Below are positions 1-14,800 of a stretch of DNA of 64,000 bases, one piece after another. This DNA comes from Okamejei kenojei (Eukaryota): positions 39,680,001-39,744,000 of the forward strand of contig CM069144.1 in assembly GCA_035221665.1 (NCBI GenBank), read 5' to 3'. Both the position numbers and the translations under genes were made by a program. The notes below the pieces were generated by a model. The model was not told where the DNA came from and searched no databases. It saw only the letters and a list, made by a program, of their open reading frames with translations. Position 1 is the first letter of the stretch. The number at the start of each line of letters is the position of its first letter.

Positions 1-1270
1 TTCATTATACTGTTGCCATTCATCTGCCCACTCACTCACCCCAGGTCACCCTGCAACCTCCTCAATGTCATCCGCAAACTTGCTAGTTGTCTTCCCTCGC
101 CACTCCCTGTCTGCCAACCAATTTTTCCACGTCAACACCCTACCCCCAATACCATCTGCTCTAATTTTAGTCACCAGTCTCCCGTGCGGGACCTTATCAA
201 AGGCTTCTGAAAGTCTAGATAAACTACATTGGCTGTCCTTCATCACTCGTCACATCCTCAAAAAATTCCAGAAGATTAGTCAAGCATGATTTTCCTTTCA
301 TTCCGAGCCGAATTGGACTAATCCTTTTACTGCTAAATGCCCCATTATTACCTCTTTCATAATTGACCAGCATCTTTCCCCTCTTTCGCTCCTTTCTTGA
401 AAAGTTAGATAACATTAGCTATCCTCCAATTCACAGGGACTGATCCTGTGGGCATTTTATCATCCTTCAGTCCCATTAGCCAACCCAATACTATTTCTCG
501 CCTAATGGAAATGTCTTTCAGTTCCTCGACCTCCTTAGATCCTCTGTCCTCCAGTACTTCTGGGAGATTATTTGTGTCTTCCTTAGTGAAGACAGATCCG
601 AGTACCTGTGCCATTTCCTTGTTCACATTTGACTTTGCATCTTTTCAGCCTTATCCAGTCCACGGTTGCCTCCTACTCCCCTTAGAATCTTTCTTCCTTT
701 TTGGAATTAAATGATCCTGCGTCTTCCGGATTATGCCCAGAAATTCCTGCCATTGCTGTTCCACCGTCATTCCTGCTAGGATCCCTTTCCAGTCTACTTT
801 GGCCAGCTCCCCTCTCATGCCTTCATTGTCCCCTTTGTTCAACTGCATCACTGCCATTTCCGACGTTCTCCTTCTCAAATTGAAGATTAAAACTGATCAT
901 ATTATGATCACCACCTCCAAGCGGTTCCTTTACCTCGAGTTCTCTTATCATATCTGGTTCACTGGACAACACTAAATCCAGAATTGCCTTTTCTCTGGTC
1001 GGCTCCATTACAAGCTGCTCTAAGAATCCATCTTGGAGGCATTCTATAAACTCTCTTTCTTGGGGTCCTGAACCAACCTGATTTTCCCAGTCTACCTGCA
1101 TATTGAAATCCCCCATCATCACAGTGGCATTACCTTTGTTACATGCCAGTTTTAACTCCTGCTGCAACTTATACCCTACATCCAGACTAATATTTGGGGG
1201 TCTGTAGATAACACAATTAGCGTCTTCTTGCCTTTACAGTTCCTCATCTCAATCCACAGTGACTCTACCT
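1..1270 (-). mobile_element. CR1 (HER1-like) LINE ORF2 remnant: endonuclease plus deleted RT pieces
   Basis: VMMGDFN, EPTREKAILDLVL, DHNMISF, AFDKVPH and KFADD motifs in minus-strand ORFs. Confidence 0.9.
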
Positions 1271-2109
1271 CGTGACTTTAGATTTAGTCATGAGTAATGA
1301 GGAAGGATTAATAAGAGTTCTTGTGGTTACATATCTCTACGTGTTACTGACCACAATATCATAGAATTCCAGATACAGTGTAAGCATGCCAACAGCACGT
1401 CAGCAGGGGAAGGAGCAGTTCAAAAAGGCTGCAAGTTACAATGGAGCAGCTATTTTCAGAGCAGCTGGTTTGAGTTGGAAGTGCTGTGCTTGAGGCCAAA
1501 GTGAAGGGGCTTTAACCAGAGGCTTCGGTGAGGAGGGCTAGCAGTGACGAGGTACAGTAAGACAAGGCAAAGCCTTTCCTTTTTTGTTTACCCCATACTA
1601 ACTTAAAAGGTAGATTTAGCAGTCAGTGGAGTGGTATTGTATCATTTATTATTATCACGTGTACTGTGATACAGTGAAAAGCTTTGTTTGCCTGCTGTTC
1701 AATCAAATCATATTATAAGCCATACACAAGTACAACAGGTAGAGCATAGAGAAATGTACCAGCGTGCAGAGTATAGTATTATAGCATTACAGAAACAGAG
1801 AAAGTGCAGTTTAAATAAGTGCAAATGGTGGCAGCTGCCCATCTAACGGGAGGACCATTCACAGTCTGATGACAGCGAGGAGGAAGGTGTTCCTGAATCT
1901 GGTGGTATATTTCAAGCTTTTGAATCTTCTGCCTAACAGGAGAATGGGAAGAGGGAATGCCTGCGGTCTGAGTGGTCCTTGATTATGGTGGCTGTTTTCC
2001 CAAGGCAGTGTGAGTTGTAGATGGAGTCGTTGGTGGAGAGGTTAGTCTGTGTGATGGCTGGCCTACATCCACAACTCTGTGCAATTTCTTGCAATCAATA
2101 ATAGGAGGA

Positions 2110-2500
2110 TCCACCACGTGGCTTTTGGCATATGCTTAATTCTTGAGTATAGAAGTTGGGATGCTATGTTACAGTTGTACAAGACATTGGGGAGAATGCA
2201 CTTGGATTATTGTGTTCAGTTTTGAATCTCGGGATCCTGCTATAGGACGAATGTTAAGCTGGAAAAAGTGTGGAGCAAATTTATGAGGATGTAGCCAGGA
2301 GTTGAGGGTCTGAGCTACAGGGAAAGGTTGAGTTGGATATTCTAACAGCATTCAAAAGGCATTTGGACAGGTACATGGATAGGAAAGGTTTAGAATAAAA
2401 GGGGCCAAACATGGGCATTGGGACCAGCTCAGATGGGACATCATGATCGGCATGAGGAAGTTGTGCAAAAGGGCCTGTTTCCGTGCTGTATGATTCTATG
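2110..2500 (+). mobile_element. Degraded CR1 3' fragment
   Basis: CR1 C-terminal and 3'UTR sequence ending in tatgattctatgac. Confidence 0.7.
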
Positions 2501-2766
2501 ACTAAATCTATCAGTGTAAAAGAGTTTGACGGTGCAAAGACAAGTGAGGTAGAATGCCAAAACTATTATTTGTATCTGACAATAGAAAAAGCCTTTCAGT
2601 ATTGTCCAGACTAGTGCTGGCACTAATCTAATACTCCACAGTTCAAATTTTACAGATTAGAACAGCAGTTGATGCTTATTTGTGATCATCTCCTGAATAA
2701 AACTATTGCTTGCTCTGCAATCATTTTTTGTCTTTGCTTTATAATTGTCTGTGTTATCTATACCAG

Positions 2767-2889
2767 GGTCCTGGAGGAAGCATCGGCCAGCCAAGCTTCC
2801 AATAAGAAAGAAACTCGCTTGGAAGCCTCTGGAAAGAACAAGTCGTATGACATTAAAATTGAAAATTTTGATGTCTCCTATGGAGACAG
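2767..2889 (+). CDS. ABCF3: ABCF3 exon (VLEEASASQ...FDVSYGDR)
   Basis: ccag| acceptor, |gtgagt donor. Confidence 0.95.
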
Positions 2890-5800
2890 GTGAGTGCCAC
2901 TTTAGACATTGACTCTTGTTTGGACCTCTTGCAAACTGATAGACCTCAATTGCCATGACCAGGCAACATTTCTTGTTTTTGCCATGTAATCTCCATTCTG
3001 CCAGAATGTTAACTGCATGAATCTTGTTTTGTTTTACTCTCCTCCTCCCGTGTTGCTCTATGTTTATGCATGTTCAGAATTTCTGGCATCTTTTCCTTGT
3101 ATGTTCGACTCGGGGAAAATGGCAGCTTCTGATAGTCTCCATACATTACAGAGAGCAGATCTAAGAATTAACTGCATGCATTACAATGTAGATCAGTGTT
3201 ATGGTTAATATAGAAGTAGCTCTCCTGAGGCCTCCACAATTGCCGGGTCATTTAAATGTCAGCAAGCTTAATATCAGGAAAGTGGTCTCCCTGCTGTATA
3301 ATGGTTTGTGATAGTGATGGTCAAACCACATAATCAAACCTACATATCCCAATTAGTCCACTCAGGCAGCCTTTATTGAGATGTAGAGTGAACTTTTTTA
3401 TTTTGAGATTTCACCATTGTTTTTGAAAAACAACTTGATAGCAGATCTACTTCAAATGTCCTGCAGTGTTCTTAATATCGTGCATTTGTAAAGCATACCA
3501 CAGGTATCCACTTATCTCGCATAGAAAAGTATAAATCAAGCGGGCAAATACTTTTATTGCTATTGTCTCATAAATTGGTTGTGGAGGGGGTACTTTATTT
3601 TTAAGAGCTTCTGATTCTGAACGTAACAGACTACAGCAAATGGATACTCCTCGCGATGCCAGGAGTGATCTGTAGGAATCATCGGTTCAGGAAAAGCCTC
3701 CAATCTGTGCATTTTTAACCTCTGTGGCACCTTGTCAAATGCCTTCTGGAAATCTGAATACACTGCTATGCACCCTGTTTGTTACATCCTTAAAGAACTC
3801 TAATGAATTTGTCAAATTATTTTCTTAATGTTCTGCTCTTATCTCAATGTGTTGAGCATTTTCCCTAAGTGGAGATTTTGGGCTAAGTTAATTACTGGTT
3901 TTGTGTTTTCTTTGTTTCCCTGCTCTTGATTTTATATTCATATTGACATTATATTTGTCTTCAAATCTCAAGGATCCACCCAAAATGCAGGGGATTTTGA
4001 TATATTACAATTAATATCTCCTGAATGTTGTGGGATATTAGGGGGGAGGGGATGGGTAAAGAGATAAAAGGAAGCTTATGACGGGTGTGGAGATCTATGA
4101 GGGGCAGAGGCCTGTGATGTAGAGACTAAGTGCAGAGAGGTCCTTAAAAAGGAAATTTGGAAGGCTGAGAGTGTTCATGAGAAATCACTGACAGGTAGGT
4201 AGGATTTGGGCAAATCCAAAGGCATTCTATAAGTTCATTATGGGCAAAAGAGTAACCAGAGATGGGGCCCGTTAGGGACAATAGTGATCTGTACGTGGGA
4301 GCCTGAAGGTATAGGTGAGCTTCTAAAAGAATCTGGTGGAGTATTAAATTATTCGGCGAAATTTATCTGTTTCACTACCTGACCATTCTGCCTTGCAGGG
4401 CCTTACTTAATGGTGCAGATTTGCATCTTGCTTACGGTAGGCGTTATGGTTTAGTTGGTCGGAACGGCTTGGGGAAAACGACACTACTGAAGATGATGTC
4501 GGCACGGGGTCTCCGCATTCCAGCGCACATCAGCATCTTGCACGTGGAGCAAGAGGTGGTTGGCGATGACACGCAGGCTCTGCAGAGTGTGCTGGAGTGC
4601 GACACAGTGCGTGAAAGTCTGGTGTGCGAGGAGAAGGAGCTGACGGCAAAAATGAACATCGGCTTGTAAGTAAAGTGCAGCAGCGGGAGGCGCCGTGTTT
4701 GCAGAAGCTCACTCGTCGCTTCGTTTGGTTTAGATATACAACATGGGAACAAGTGCCTTTGGCTCACCGAGTCCATGCTGACCATCGTGTTTGGCATCAT
4801 GTTCAGCACGGACATTGTGGGCCAAAGGGCCTGTGCTTGTATCTATGTTCCATTGGTTTAATTCACAACATATCGCTTCAGGAAACTGACCTGAATTCAT
4901 TCCATGGATCTTCCACAATCGACCTTTGTCAATTTCTTTCCAGCTTATTAACCCCGAAGGGACCAATTATGAGTTGGGTAATACTATTAGGTAATTCTGC
5001 TGAGTGAGACACAGTGGAAATACCCACATTAGATCTCTGTGTGTGATGTTGGACCTGATAAATTGACCAACTTACTCAAGGTGGCTCCCTGCTGGGGAAG
5101 TGTGACTGTGTTGGTGATTGAGGATGGATTGGGCTGAGCTGGAAATGCCTGTTCAGCAGTTTGTGCATCCTGTGAAAGTCAAGCAATGAGAAGAGAAGAT
5201 GGATGAAGGACAAGATGTAAGTTAACAATGGAGTTCAGCAATTGTGCAAATTAAACCTGTTTTATGAATTTTTCTTCCAGAGGCAATGGTACAGAGAGCG
5301 GTCGGCTGACGGAAATCTATGCCAAGTTGGAGGAGATCGAGGCAGACAAGGCTCCAGCCAGGTATGTTTTGAATGGTGGGCTCACCTCAGCTACCTTCCT
5401 ATACAACCAACCTTTTATCTGACAAAGCAATATAACCTGGCCAATTGCTATCCCATTTGGTTTACTCACAATTAACAGCAAAGTGTTAGAAGGGATAAGC
5501 CATCTTGGTATCAAGCAGCACCTACGAGGAAACAACTGCTCACAGAAGCACAGTTGGGGATCTGTTGAAGCTGCTCAGCTCCTCACCTCGTTACACCCTC
5601 CGTCTAAACGGTCAAAAGAGCTGAACTCCAGAGGTGAAGTGAGTGGAGGCAGCATTTCTTCGGCATCATGGAGCCCTGGCTAAACTGAAATTTAAGAGAA
5701 TCTGGGGAAGACCGTCCGCTGGTTGGATTCCTGCCTCGCACAAACGAAGGTTGCGGAAGTGGTTTGAGCTCAACCATCTCAGCCACAGAACATCTGTGCA

Positions 5801-8800
5801 GGAATCCCTCAGAGTCATGCCCTAGAGCTAATGCATCACGGAAATGGGTCTTTCACCTCAACCCATCCATGCCAATCAAGTCGCCTAACTGAACCAGTCC
5901 GACTGGCCTATCTTGGTCAATGTCCCATCAAACCTTTCCTATCCATGTATCTATCTGTGTCGTTTAAATGTGGTAATTGATCCGCCTGCAACACTTCTGT
6001 CTGCTTGTTCCAAATATGCACCACCCTCGGCGTGAAAACCTTTTCCCTTGGGTCCCCTTTAAGTCAAGTCAAGTCACATTTTTTTATATAGCACATTTAA
6101 AAAACAAATCTCGTTGACCAAAGTGCTTTCCATTTGTTATAAGAGTAGTATACACAAGCAGGCTACATACATATATACAAATAGCCCTCGCTCAGAGGAC
6201 GTCAGGAAAGGCTTGGGAGAACAGATACGTTTTTAGACTAGACTTAAAGGAGTCGATGGAGGGGGCAGTTCTAATGGGGAGGGGGATGCTGTTCCACAGT
6301 CTAGGAGCTGCGACCGCAAAGGCGCGGTCGCCCCTGAGCTTATGCCTAGACTGCGGGACACTCAGCAACCCCAAGTTGGCCGATCTGAGGGACTTAGAGG
6401 TGGTGTAGTGGGTGAGAAGGCTTTTAATGTAGCTGGGTGCAAGCCCATTGAGGGCTTTGTAGACAAAGAGGAGGGTCTTGAAATTTATTCGGAACCGCAC
6501 AGGGAGCCAATGGCAAGAGGCCAGGATCGGGGTAATGTGGTCCCCTTTTCGGGTGCCCGTCAGGAGTCTCGCTGCGGCGTTTTGGACCAGTTGCAGGTGG
6601 GACAGGGAAGATTGGCTGATGCCAGTGTAAAGGGAGTTGCAGTAATCTAGGTGGGAGGAGATAAATGTATGGATGATCTTTTCGAGCTCATCAAACTGGA
6701 GGAATTGTTTTATTTTAGCAATCATCCGAAGCTGAAAGAAACTAGCTTTTACCACGCATTGACTAGTTTGTCAAACTGCAGGGCTGAGTCAAATATCACG
6801 CCAAGGTTTTTGACGTGAGGTTTGAGTAGTGGGGTAAGGCTTCCAAGGCTGCCTGCTATCATTTTGATTGTGTCCGAGGGGCCGAGAAGGATGACCTCAG
6901 ACTTACTCTTGTTTAGTTGGAGGAAGTTCTGGGCCATCCAGCACTTTATATCCTTGAGGCAGCGGGTAAGGTTAAGCAGATTTGATTGGTTTTTGGGCTT
7001 CAGGGGAAGGTACAGTTGTGTATCGTCTGCGTAGCAATGGAAGGAAATGTTGTGCCTTTCAATTACTTGGCCTAAGGGGAGCATATACAGGGAGAAGAGA
7101 ATGGGGCCAAGGATGGAACCTTGTGGAACCTCGCAGCAGAGGCTAGCTGGGGAGGAGAAAGAGTTGCCTATGTTAGTAGAGAAACTCCTACCTTTGAGGT
7201 AGGAGATGAACCAGCTCAGGGCAGTGCCATCAATACCAACCCCGCACCTTTAATACCTTTCTCCTCTCACTCGCATCTATGCTCTCTAATTTTAGACTCC
7301 CAGACGCTCGGAAAATACTGCGACCATTTACCTAATCTTGGCTCCTCATTATTTTGTAAACCTTTACAAGGTCACCTCTCAGCCTCCCACATTACAGGCA
7401 AAAATAACCCAGCCTCCTTTGAACTGAAGCCCTCCAGACCTAGTAACATTGTTATATTTTCTACACCTTTTCCCATTTAACACCATTCTGTAACCTGAAC
7501 TCCAAGTATGGCCCTACCAATGTCTTGTCATCCCAGCTCCTGTACTCCATACTAGTCTGATGAAAGCAAACCTGCCAATGCTTTCACCACTCTGTCCACC
7601 TGTCTGCCACTTTCTGGAACTGTGCACCTACATGCTTGGGTCTTTTTGTTCTACAACATTCCCAAGATCAAACTATTTACTATGAAAGTCCTGCTCAGGT
7701 TTGTCCTACCGAAATGTAACATCTTGCATTGATCTGAATCGAGCTCCTTCATCTGCCATTCCATAAACCATTGGCCCAGGTTAATCAATATCCCATTGTT
7801 CTCATGGAGAATATTTTTCACTTTCTGAGGCCTGACCATCTTCAGTTGCTTCAGTAATGACCTTCCTACAATTCTAAGTCAGAAGTAGGGATGTTCTTCT
7901 GCACAATGTTCAGCATTATTTGTAACTTCTCATACAAAGAAGCAGTCTTAGAGTAATACAGCATGGTAACAGGCCCTTCAGCCCAACGTCCCATGCCAAT
8001 CAAGATGCGCCGCCTACGAAAGTCCTGCCTGCGCAACCCTCTAAACCTTTCTTCTCCATGTACCTGTCCACTGCCCTTTGCAACCTGACAATACCCCAGT
8101 ACACTTAACCTGTGATGTAATCTTTTGATGTGACATCTGTTATAATGAAGGATCAATTGCAATTTGTGGAGAGTAAGATTCTACAAACATGGTAATCAAT
8201 ATGGTAATGTTGACCAGCATAAATGTTGGGCTAAAGCACCTGAAGACCTGTTGTGTCAGTGGGTCTTTCAAAGTCCACCCATTAAAAGGAACTGGAGCCA
8301 CGGCTGTGATGTCTGACTGTCTCTGCCCTTCAGGCCGTGATGTTGAGCCTTTGGTACCATCATCAGGGGAATGTCTGTCTGCTAATGTTTTGTATGAGAC
8401 GGAGAGAGTATGCAGTGCTGTGTATCTGATGCACATTTGCTCTCTCCCCCTAGTTTGTATGAATAATGCTGCACAGAAACCTGCAGCTATGTCTGGTCTG
8501 ATAATTCATGTTTCTATTTTTAGGGCTTCGGTTGTTCTAGCAGGTTTGGGATTCAGCTCCAAAATGCAGAAACAAATGACTAGGTAAGAAGTTGCAAAAA
8601 ATCATTGTTAAATTAATCATGGGAATATCAGATAGTAAATGATCCCTGATGGTAATTGGTCAATTATAGAACATTGGATGACATCATGAAATGGTGATCC
8701 ATGTTACCCATTTCCTTTGGTAACCTCAGATGCCTCATTTCCTCGGTTTCCTCTTTTCTGCTTTACTTCTTCTGCAATTCTACAATTAAGTTTAGAAGTA

Positions 8801-11800
8801 TGAGGTAATCTTAATTCAAACATAATGTTTGGATGGTGGGGGTGATTTAGGGATGTTTCTGCTGTGGAGGCATCATGGACCTGGGGCACAGATAGACTTG
8901 GGATAAGGGGATTACGATTTAAGATAGATAATGTTTCTTAAAAGGTCATACATTTTTTTTAATTCTGTGCCACAGAGAATTGTGGATGGCGAGATATTGT
9001 GCACTCGATGTTGAGATTGATAGATTTTGAACTGCTGGGGAAGTTTATAGGGTTCAGACTGAAGGTTTTGGGGGCCATGTGTTTATTGAACTCCCTGATT
9101 TTATTGAGTGAGGGAGCATATTGGAAGAGCTGTCTATATCCTTTCCATCCACTATTCCATGCTTTATATTTTCTTCCTCCTTTCATCCTGTGTTACTCCT
9201 TCATTGATTTGAGGTTGATGAGATGTTTCTGTTCGAGAGCCTGATGGTGATTTTGTGCTTGTTTCAGGGAGTTCTCTGGAGGCTGGAGAATGAGGCTGGC
9301 TCTAGCCAGGGCACTGTTTGCCAAGTAAGTGGTTTACCATGTCAAGAGTGAAGAATGTTTAATTGTCACATCCACTGGTAACAGAATGGTAACATTTTTG
9401 CTTTCTGCAACTTTACAGGCACGTTATCTCAACACCACAACAAATGATTATACAATGAATAATCGGTAATAGTAGTCAAACAGACCATAATACTGCAAAT
9501 TGAAGTCTTGTACTTGTACATAGTCCATTGTAGTTAGTTGCTGAGGTAGGGTTGTAGTTGGGGTTGTGCAGTGTGGTTCAAGAGCCTGATGGTTGATAGA
9601 AATAAGCTGTTCTTGAACATGGTTCTCAAGCTCCTGCACCACCTCCCCGATGATTGTAGCAAGATGAGAATGTGGCCAAGGTTCCGTGGGTCGTTGATGG
9701 TATTGGCTGCCTTTTAGATGCAACACCTCCTGTCGATCCCTTTGATTGTGGGGAAGTCAGTACTTGTGATGAGCCAGGCACAGTCTACCACTGTCATAGC
9801 CTCCTAAATTGTTGGTGTTCGAATCGACAAACCAGGCTATGATGCAACAAGTCAGGGTGCTCTGTAGAAGATTGATAAAGTATTCTTGCAATAATTGAAA
9901 GAGAATTCGGTACACTGTTGAGTACATCAGGACCAATTGATGTCAAGCCTTGGGGAGATGAATTCACAGCAGTTGCATTTGACACAATGTTGATTTGGTG
10001 GCAAAAAGATTTACCTGTGTTTATGTTAATAATATTTATTACTACATCTTGGTCTCCCCATTTATTTTAGTTGACAACCAATTACAGCACAAAATGCTGA
10101 AAATGCTCCATGCAGACAATATCTGTGGAAACATGTATGGGTAACCTTGTAGGTCAATGTCCTTTCATTATTGAGGCTCAATGAACAAACATTAACTTTC
10201 TCCTTCAACAGTTTTACTAGACTTTTCTGTATAATTTCAAATTGCAAACTTCTGTTTTGCATTTCTGTGAATTCATCAGCAAAAAGTAATATCCATTCAA
10301 TTTGCACTTTCCCGGCAAGAAGGTGAAGCAAGCCCCAGCTAACATTAAGATGTAGGCTGATGAGTCAGGCAATAATCATCTCCAACAAGACCACCCATGA
10401 TGTTCAGTGGCATTACTGTCACCACGTCGCCACCACCAACATCCTGGAGTCACCATGGAGCAGAAAGTCAGCTGGACCAGGCACATCGAATAGTGTAATG
10501 CTTGGATAGAGTGGATGTGGAGAGGATGTTTCCACTAGTGGGAGAGTAGGACCAGAGGTCATTTCCTCAGAATTAAAGGATGTTCCTTTAGGAAGGCGAT
10601 GTGGAGGAATTTATTTAGTCAGAGGGTGGTGAATCTGTGCAATTATTTGCTACATAAGGCTGTGGAGGCCAGGTCAATGGATATTTTAAGGCGGAGATAG
10701 ATAGATTATTGATTAGTACAGGTGTCAAAGGTTATGGGGAAACATAGAAATATATAAAATAGGTGTATAACATAGAAAATAGAATGGCGGAGTAGACTTG
10801 ATGGGCCAATTGAACTAATTCTGATCCTATCACATATGACCTTATGATCAATACCATGGTGCAAGAACAAGTTGGCTGAATATCCAGCAGAGAGTGCCTT
10901 GCCTCCTGACACCCAAAATTTACAAGGGACAAGTCAGGAACACTCTTCATTTGTCTGGGTGAGTGCAGCTTAAAAATGTAAGAAGCTTATCAACATATGC
11001 GATGAAGCAGCCCTCATGATTGGCACCCTATCCTCCCTCCCGTAAACACTAACTTCCTCCACACTAGTTCCCAGTGGCTGTTGTCTGTATCATGTAAAAA
11101 CAAATGCATTGCAGTTACTTACCAAGGTCCTCCGGAATCACCCAAATCTGCAATATCTGGAGTCATCCCCATCCCCACTACCCCTCTCCAGTTCCCATCA
11201 TCTTGGCTTGAAAATATGTCAGCAACCCTTCATTATTGCTGGGTGTAATCTCAACTGGAAACTCACTGTGAGAGCACCTTCACTAGGTCTGCAGCATTTC
11301 AGCAAAACACTTCGCCAACACCTTCTCAATAGAAAATAAGGATTGAAAATTATTTCTGCATATGTCAGAGATGCTCCATCACAAAAATATATTTATTTAA
11401 AAAACTAGTTTCCATGCTGGACTACCTTGCAGAATAGTCTATGCCAGAGTAGAACATGTGCTGGTGACCAGCTCCCACGTACCATCCTCCCACACAGCTG
11501 CATTACCGCAGACTCCTGAAATCTCTGATGTTAGTGGGCACTGCTATTTTTGTGCTATAATTTTTGTGCTTGGCTTTGAATGTTTTGCTGGGACAACAGT
11601 TGATAAACCTTCCAGTCTCGCCCCTGTTGTAAGCTTTGTTTACGGTACACTTGAGTGCATACACCCTAACCTTATCCTTGTGTAGAGACCAGATTGTTTC
11701 TGTCCCTCCCATCTGTTGATTGAAATAATTCTTGGGTAACTGTACTGAAATGGAGCCCATGTTCTCTCTCTGTTTACCATAAGTGAGCATCTCAGCACAC

Positions 11801-14800
11801 GAAGGTTCGTAAAGGGCAATCTGACACATTGGCACTGCCCTTACAAATCTTCTTGCATCATTAAACTGGTTGCAAAAATCTCATCCCGTGTACTGTGCAA
11901 AATTTCAGTTGAATTCCAGCAGGATCCTTGTTTGCACAGTCATACAGCCTGGCCACAGGCCCTTTGGTCCAACCTGTTCATGTTGACCAAGATGCCCCAT
12001 CTAAGCTAGTTTTGTTTGCCAATGTGTGGCCCATACATATCCCTCTAAACCTTTCATATCCATGTACTTGTTCAAATGTCTTTAAGTGCTGTTATTGTAA
12101 CTGCCTCAACTACCTCCTCTGGCAGCTCGTTGCATATACCCGCAACACTCTGTGACACTGAAGGGATCTACAGGGGGCACTGCCTCAAAAAGGCATACAG
12201 CATCATCGAAGACACACAGCTCATTGGCCACTCTCTCATTTCTCTCCTACCATGGGGAAGAAGGTACAGGAGTCTGAAAACAGGGACCTTCAGGTGTAAA
12301 GGTCCTGCACTGCCAGTTTACTTATGTCTTAATTTCAATAGCAGATACGCTGATGGTGGCGAACAAGTTGTTCTGCATGGTAGAACACAGCCTACAACAA
12401 CAGAAAATATAACGTGATCTCCGCTACAGTATGTGCGAAATGCTAACCTAGCAGATTATAAGCCATTGTTGTAATTTGATAAACTCCATACCATAGTAGT
12501 TTCACTCTACCACCTTTTTTGAATGTTTGCTCATAAATTGCCCTTCGCTGATTCTCAGTGCTCAACCTTGTGGTTTATACAGCCAGAAATTTGAGGTTGA
12601 CTTGTTCCCTTACTGGTAGTTAGGGTTCAAACCTGGAGCAAGCAGTGTGGTATTTGGCAGTTGGCTGCATTAATCTTTCTCTCCTTCTATCGCAGGCCTG
12701 ATCTTCTGTTATTAGATGGTAAGTTGACTCTTTTTGCAAAAGTGATTTGTGCTTCACCTTGTTGCAGTTCTCAGAAATCTCTAAAGCAACCAGTTGGTGC
12801 CAGAGCTCTTGTTTAGTCAGTGTTGTGTTACAGCATCAATGATTGTGCTCAACACAAATTCTCTCTCACCTTCACTTGAGTGTCATTTGCCTTAAAGTGA
12901 CACCACGCCAGTAGGAAGTTGCACGCCCCTGTCGATACCTCTCACATTCCGACACTTCTGGTTTATGCTATCGAAGGGTGAATTCTGATTCCTGCCAGTT
13001 GCTACTCCTGGACGAAAGAAGCATCAGCACAATGACCACATGTGCGCATGCTTCATCAGAGCAGCACTGTGGCTGAGATGAGCTGTTGTAGACAATGAGA
13101 GCTGAGTAACAGGGCAGGGTCACCTCAGTAAATGAGGCAGGCGACGGGGCCAGGCTAAGTAACAAGTACTGCAGCTCATGCCTGCTGTGTGGACCATAGT
13201 CATTGAGCAGGAGAGATGCAAATCATCCGCTTCTCAAACTCTGTCCTTTCAAACGTCCGCAGCACAAAGAGAATCTGTTCCTTTCTTCTCTGCCTGTGGG
13301 TGTACATGGCTGCATTGGTATTTATTGCCCCTCCCTGGATATCCAGGTATTTCTCATAATAGTATGATGTAAAATGTTTCCTAGGCTATGTCGGAGAACA
13401 ATTAAAAGCTAGCCACATCGGTGTGGAACTGAATGCAAACGTTGGGCCAGCTTGTCTAGATCGACAGGCTTTCTTCTCCAATCATTGTTCAGGAATCTGC
13501 TGTGGGAATGGGACTTGGTCCTAACTGTAGTGCCGCTGTAAATGGTGGGCTCCTATCCCTGCGATGGTATTCAGCCATGGGTATCGGCATCATCTTACAG
13601 CTGCGCTGAAGTACCATGTTTCATAAACCTTGTGTATGTCCATACAATCTCCTATGGAAATATTTGAGGTTGAACACAATGAAATGGCTGACTTCCTATC
13701 TGTAGAGAAGTATAGATAGAGCATAGTCTTCAAATCTGGTAATTCTCAGGTTCTCGGTCATGTGACATGAATAAACTTTAACGGGTGGAGCAGTGATAGA
13801 GCTGCTGCCTCACAGCACCAGAGACCCTGGTTTGATCCTGACTACGGGCGATCTCAATACGGAGTTTGTACGTTCTCTTTGTGACCATGTGGGTTTTCTC
13901 TGGGTGCTCCAGTTTCTTCCTACATTCCAAAGACGTACGGGTTTGTAGGTTAATTAGCTTCTGTAAATTGTCCCTGGTGGGTAGGATAGTGCTAATGTAC
14001 GGGTGATTGCTGGTTGGCATGGACTTGGTGGGCCAAACGGCCTGTTTCCATGCTGTATCTCTAAACTAAAACTAACTTATGTTTTTCTCAGAACCGACAA
14101 ACATGTTGGATGTGCGTGCCATCCTGTGGCTGGAAAACTACTTGCAGGTGAGCCCTTACTCTGCGTTAGCACTAACGCCATCTCTGCTATATCATTGCAT
14201 GTCCTTCAGTAGAGAGAGACGGACTTTTGTAGATTGCTTTGTAGACAGGAGATTGGGGAGCTGAATGGGATTTTCATTTGCTGGGAGATTTGCCTTGAAT
14301 ACTTGGTGGTGTTGTGTAGATTTAGGCGGAGGAATCAACTCTATGGCTGTTAGAAGGGCATTTAATACAGCAGAATACCCACGGGGGAAGGTTTGTGCTG
14401 TTCACTACCTCACTCAGAAACTTCACTGATAGAAAGAAAGTGTAAATTTGGCTGAAGATCGTCGAGAGGTTCATTCATTCTCATCTCCTCATCCGGTCAA
14501 CATCAGAAGAGTGGAATTGCCTTAATCATATTCACTGAACATACCCAGATCAATCTCTTCCAAGTTCAAGTGAGTTTATTGTCATGTGTCCCAGATAGGA
14601 CAATGAAATTCTTGCTTTGCTTCAGCACAACAGAACATAGTAGGCATTGACAGATCAGTGTGTTCATACAGTGGCTTGCAAAAGTATTCATACCCATGGA
14701 ACTTTTCCACATTTTGTCACGTTACAACCACAAACGTAAATGTATTTTATTGGGATTTTATGTGATAGACCAACACAAAGTGGCACATAATTGTGAAGTG

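Noticed and set aside
13781-13860. tRNA-like sequences here and at other SINE heads
   Set aside because: Degenerate SINE 5' regions, not complete cloverleaves.
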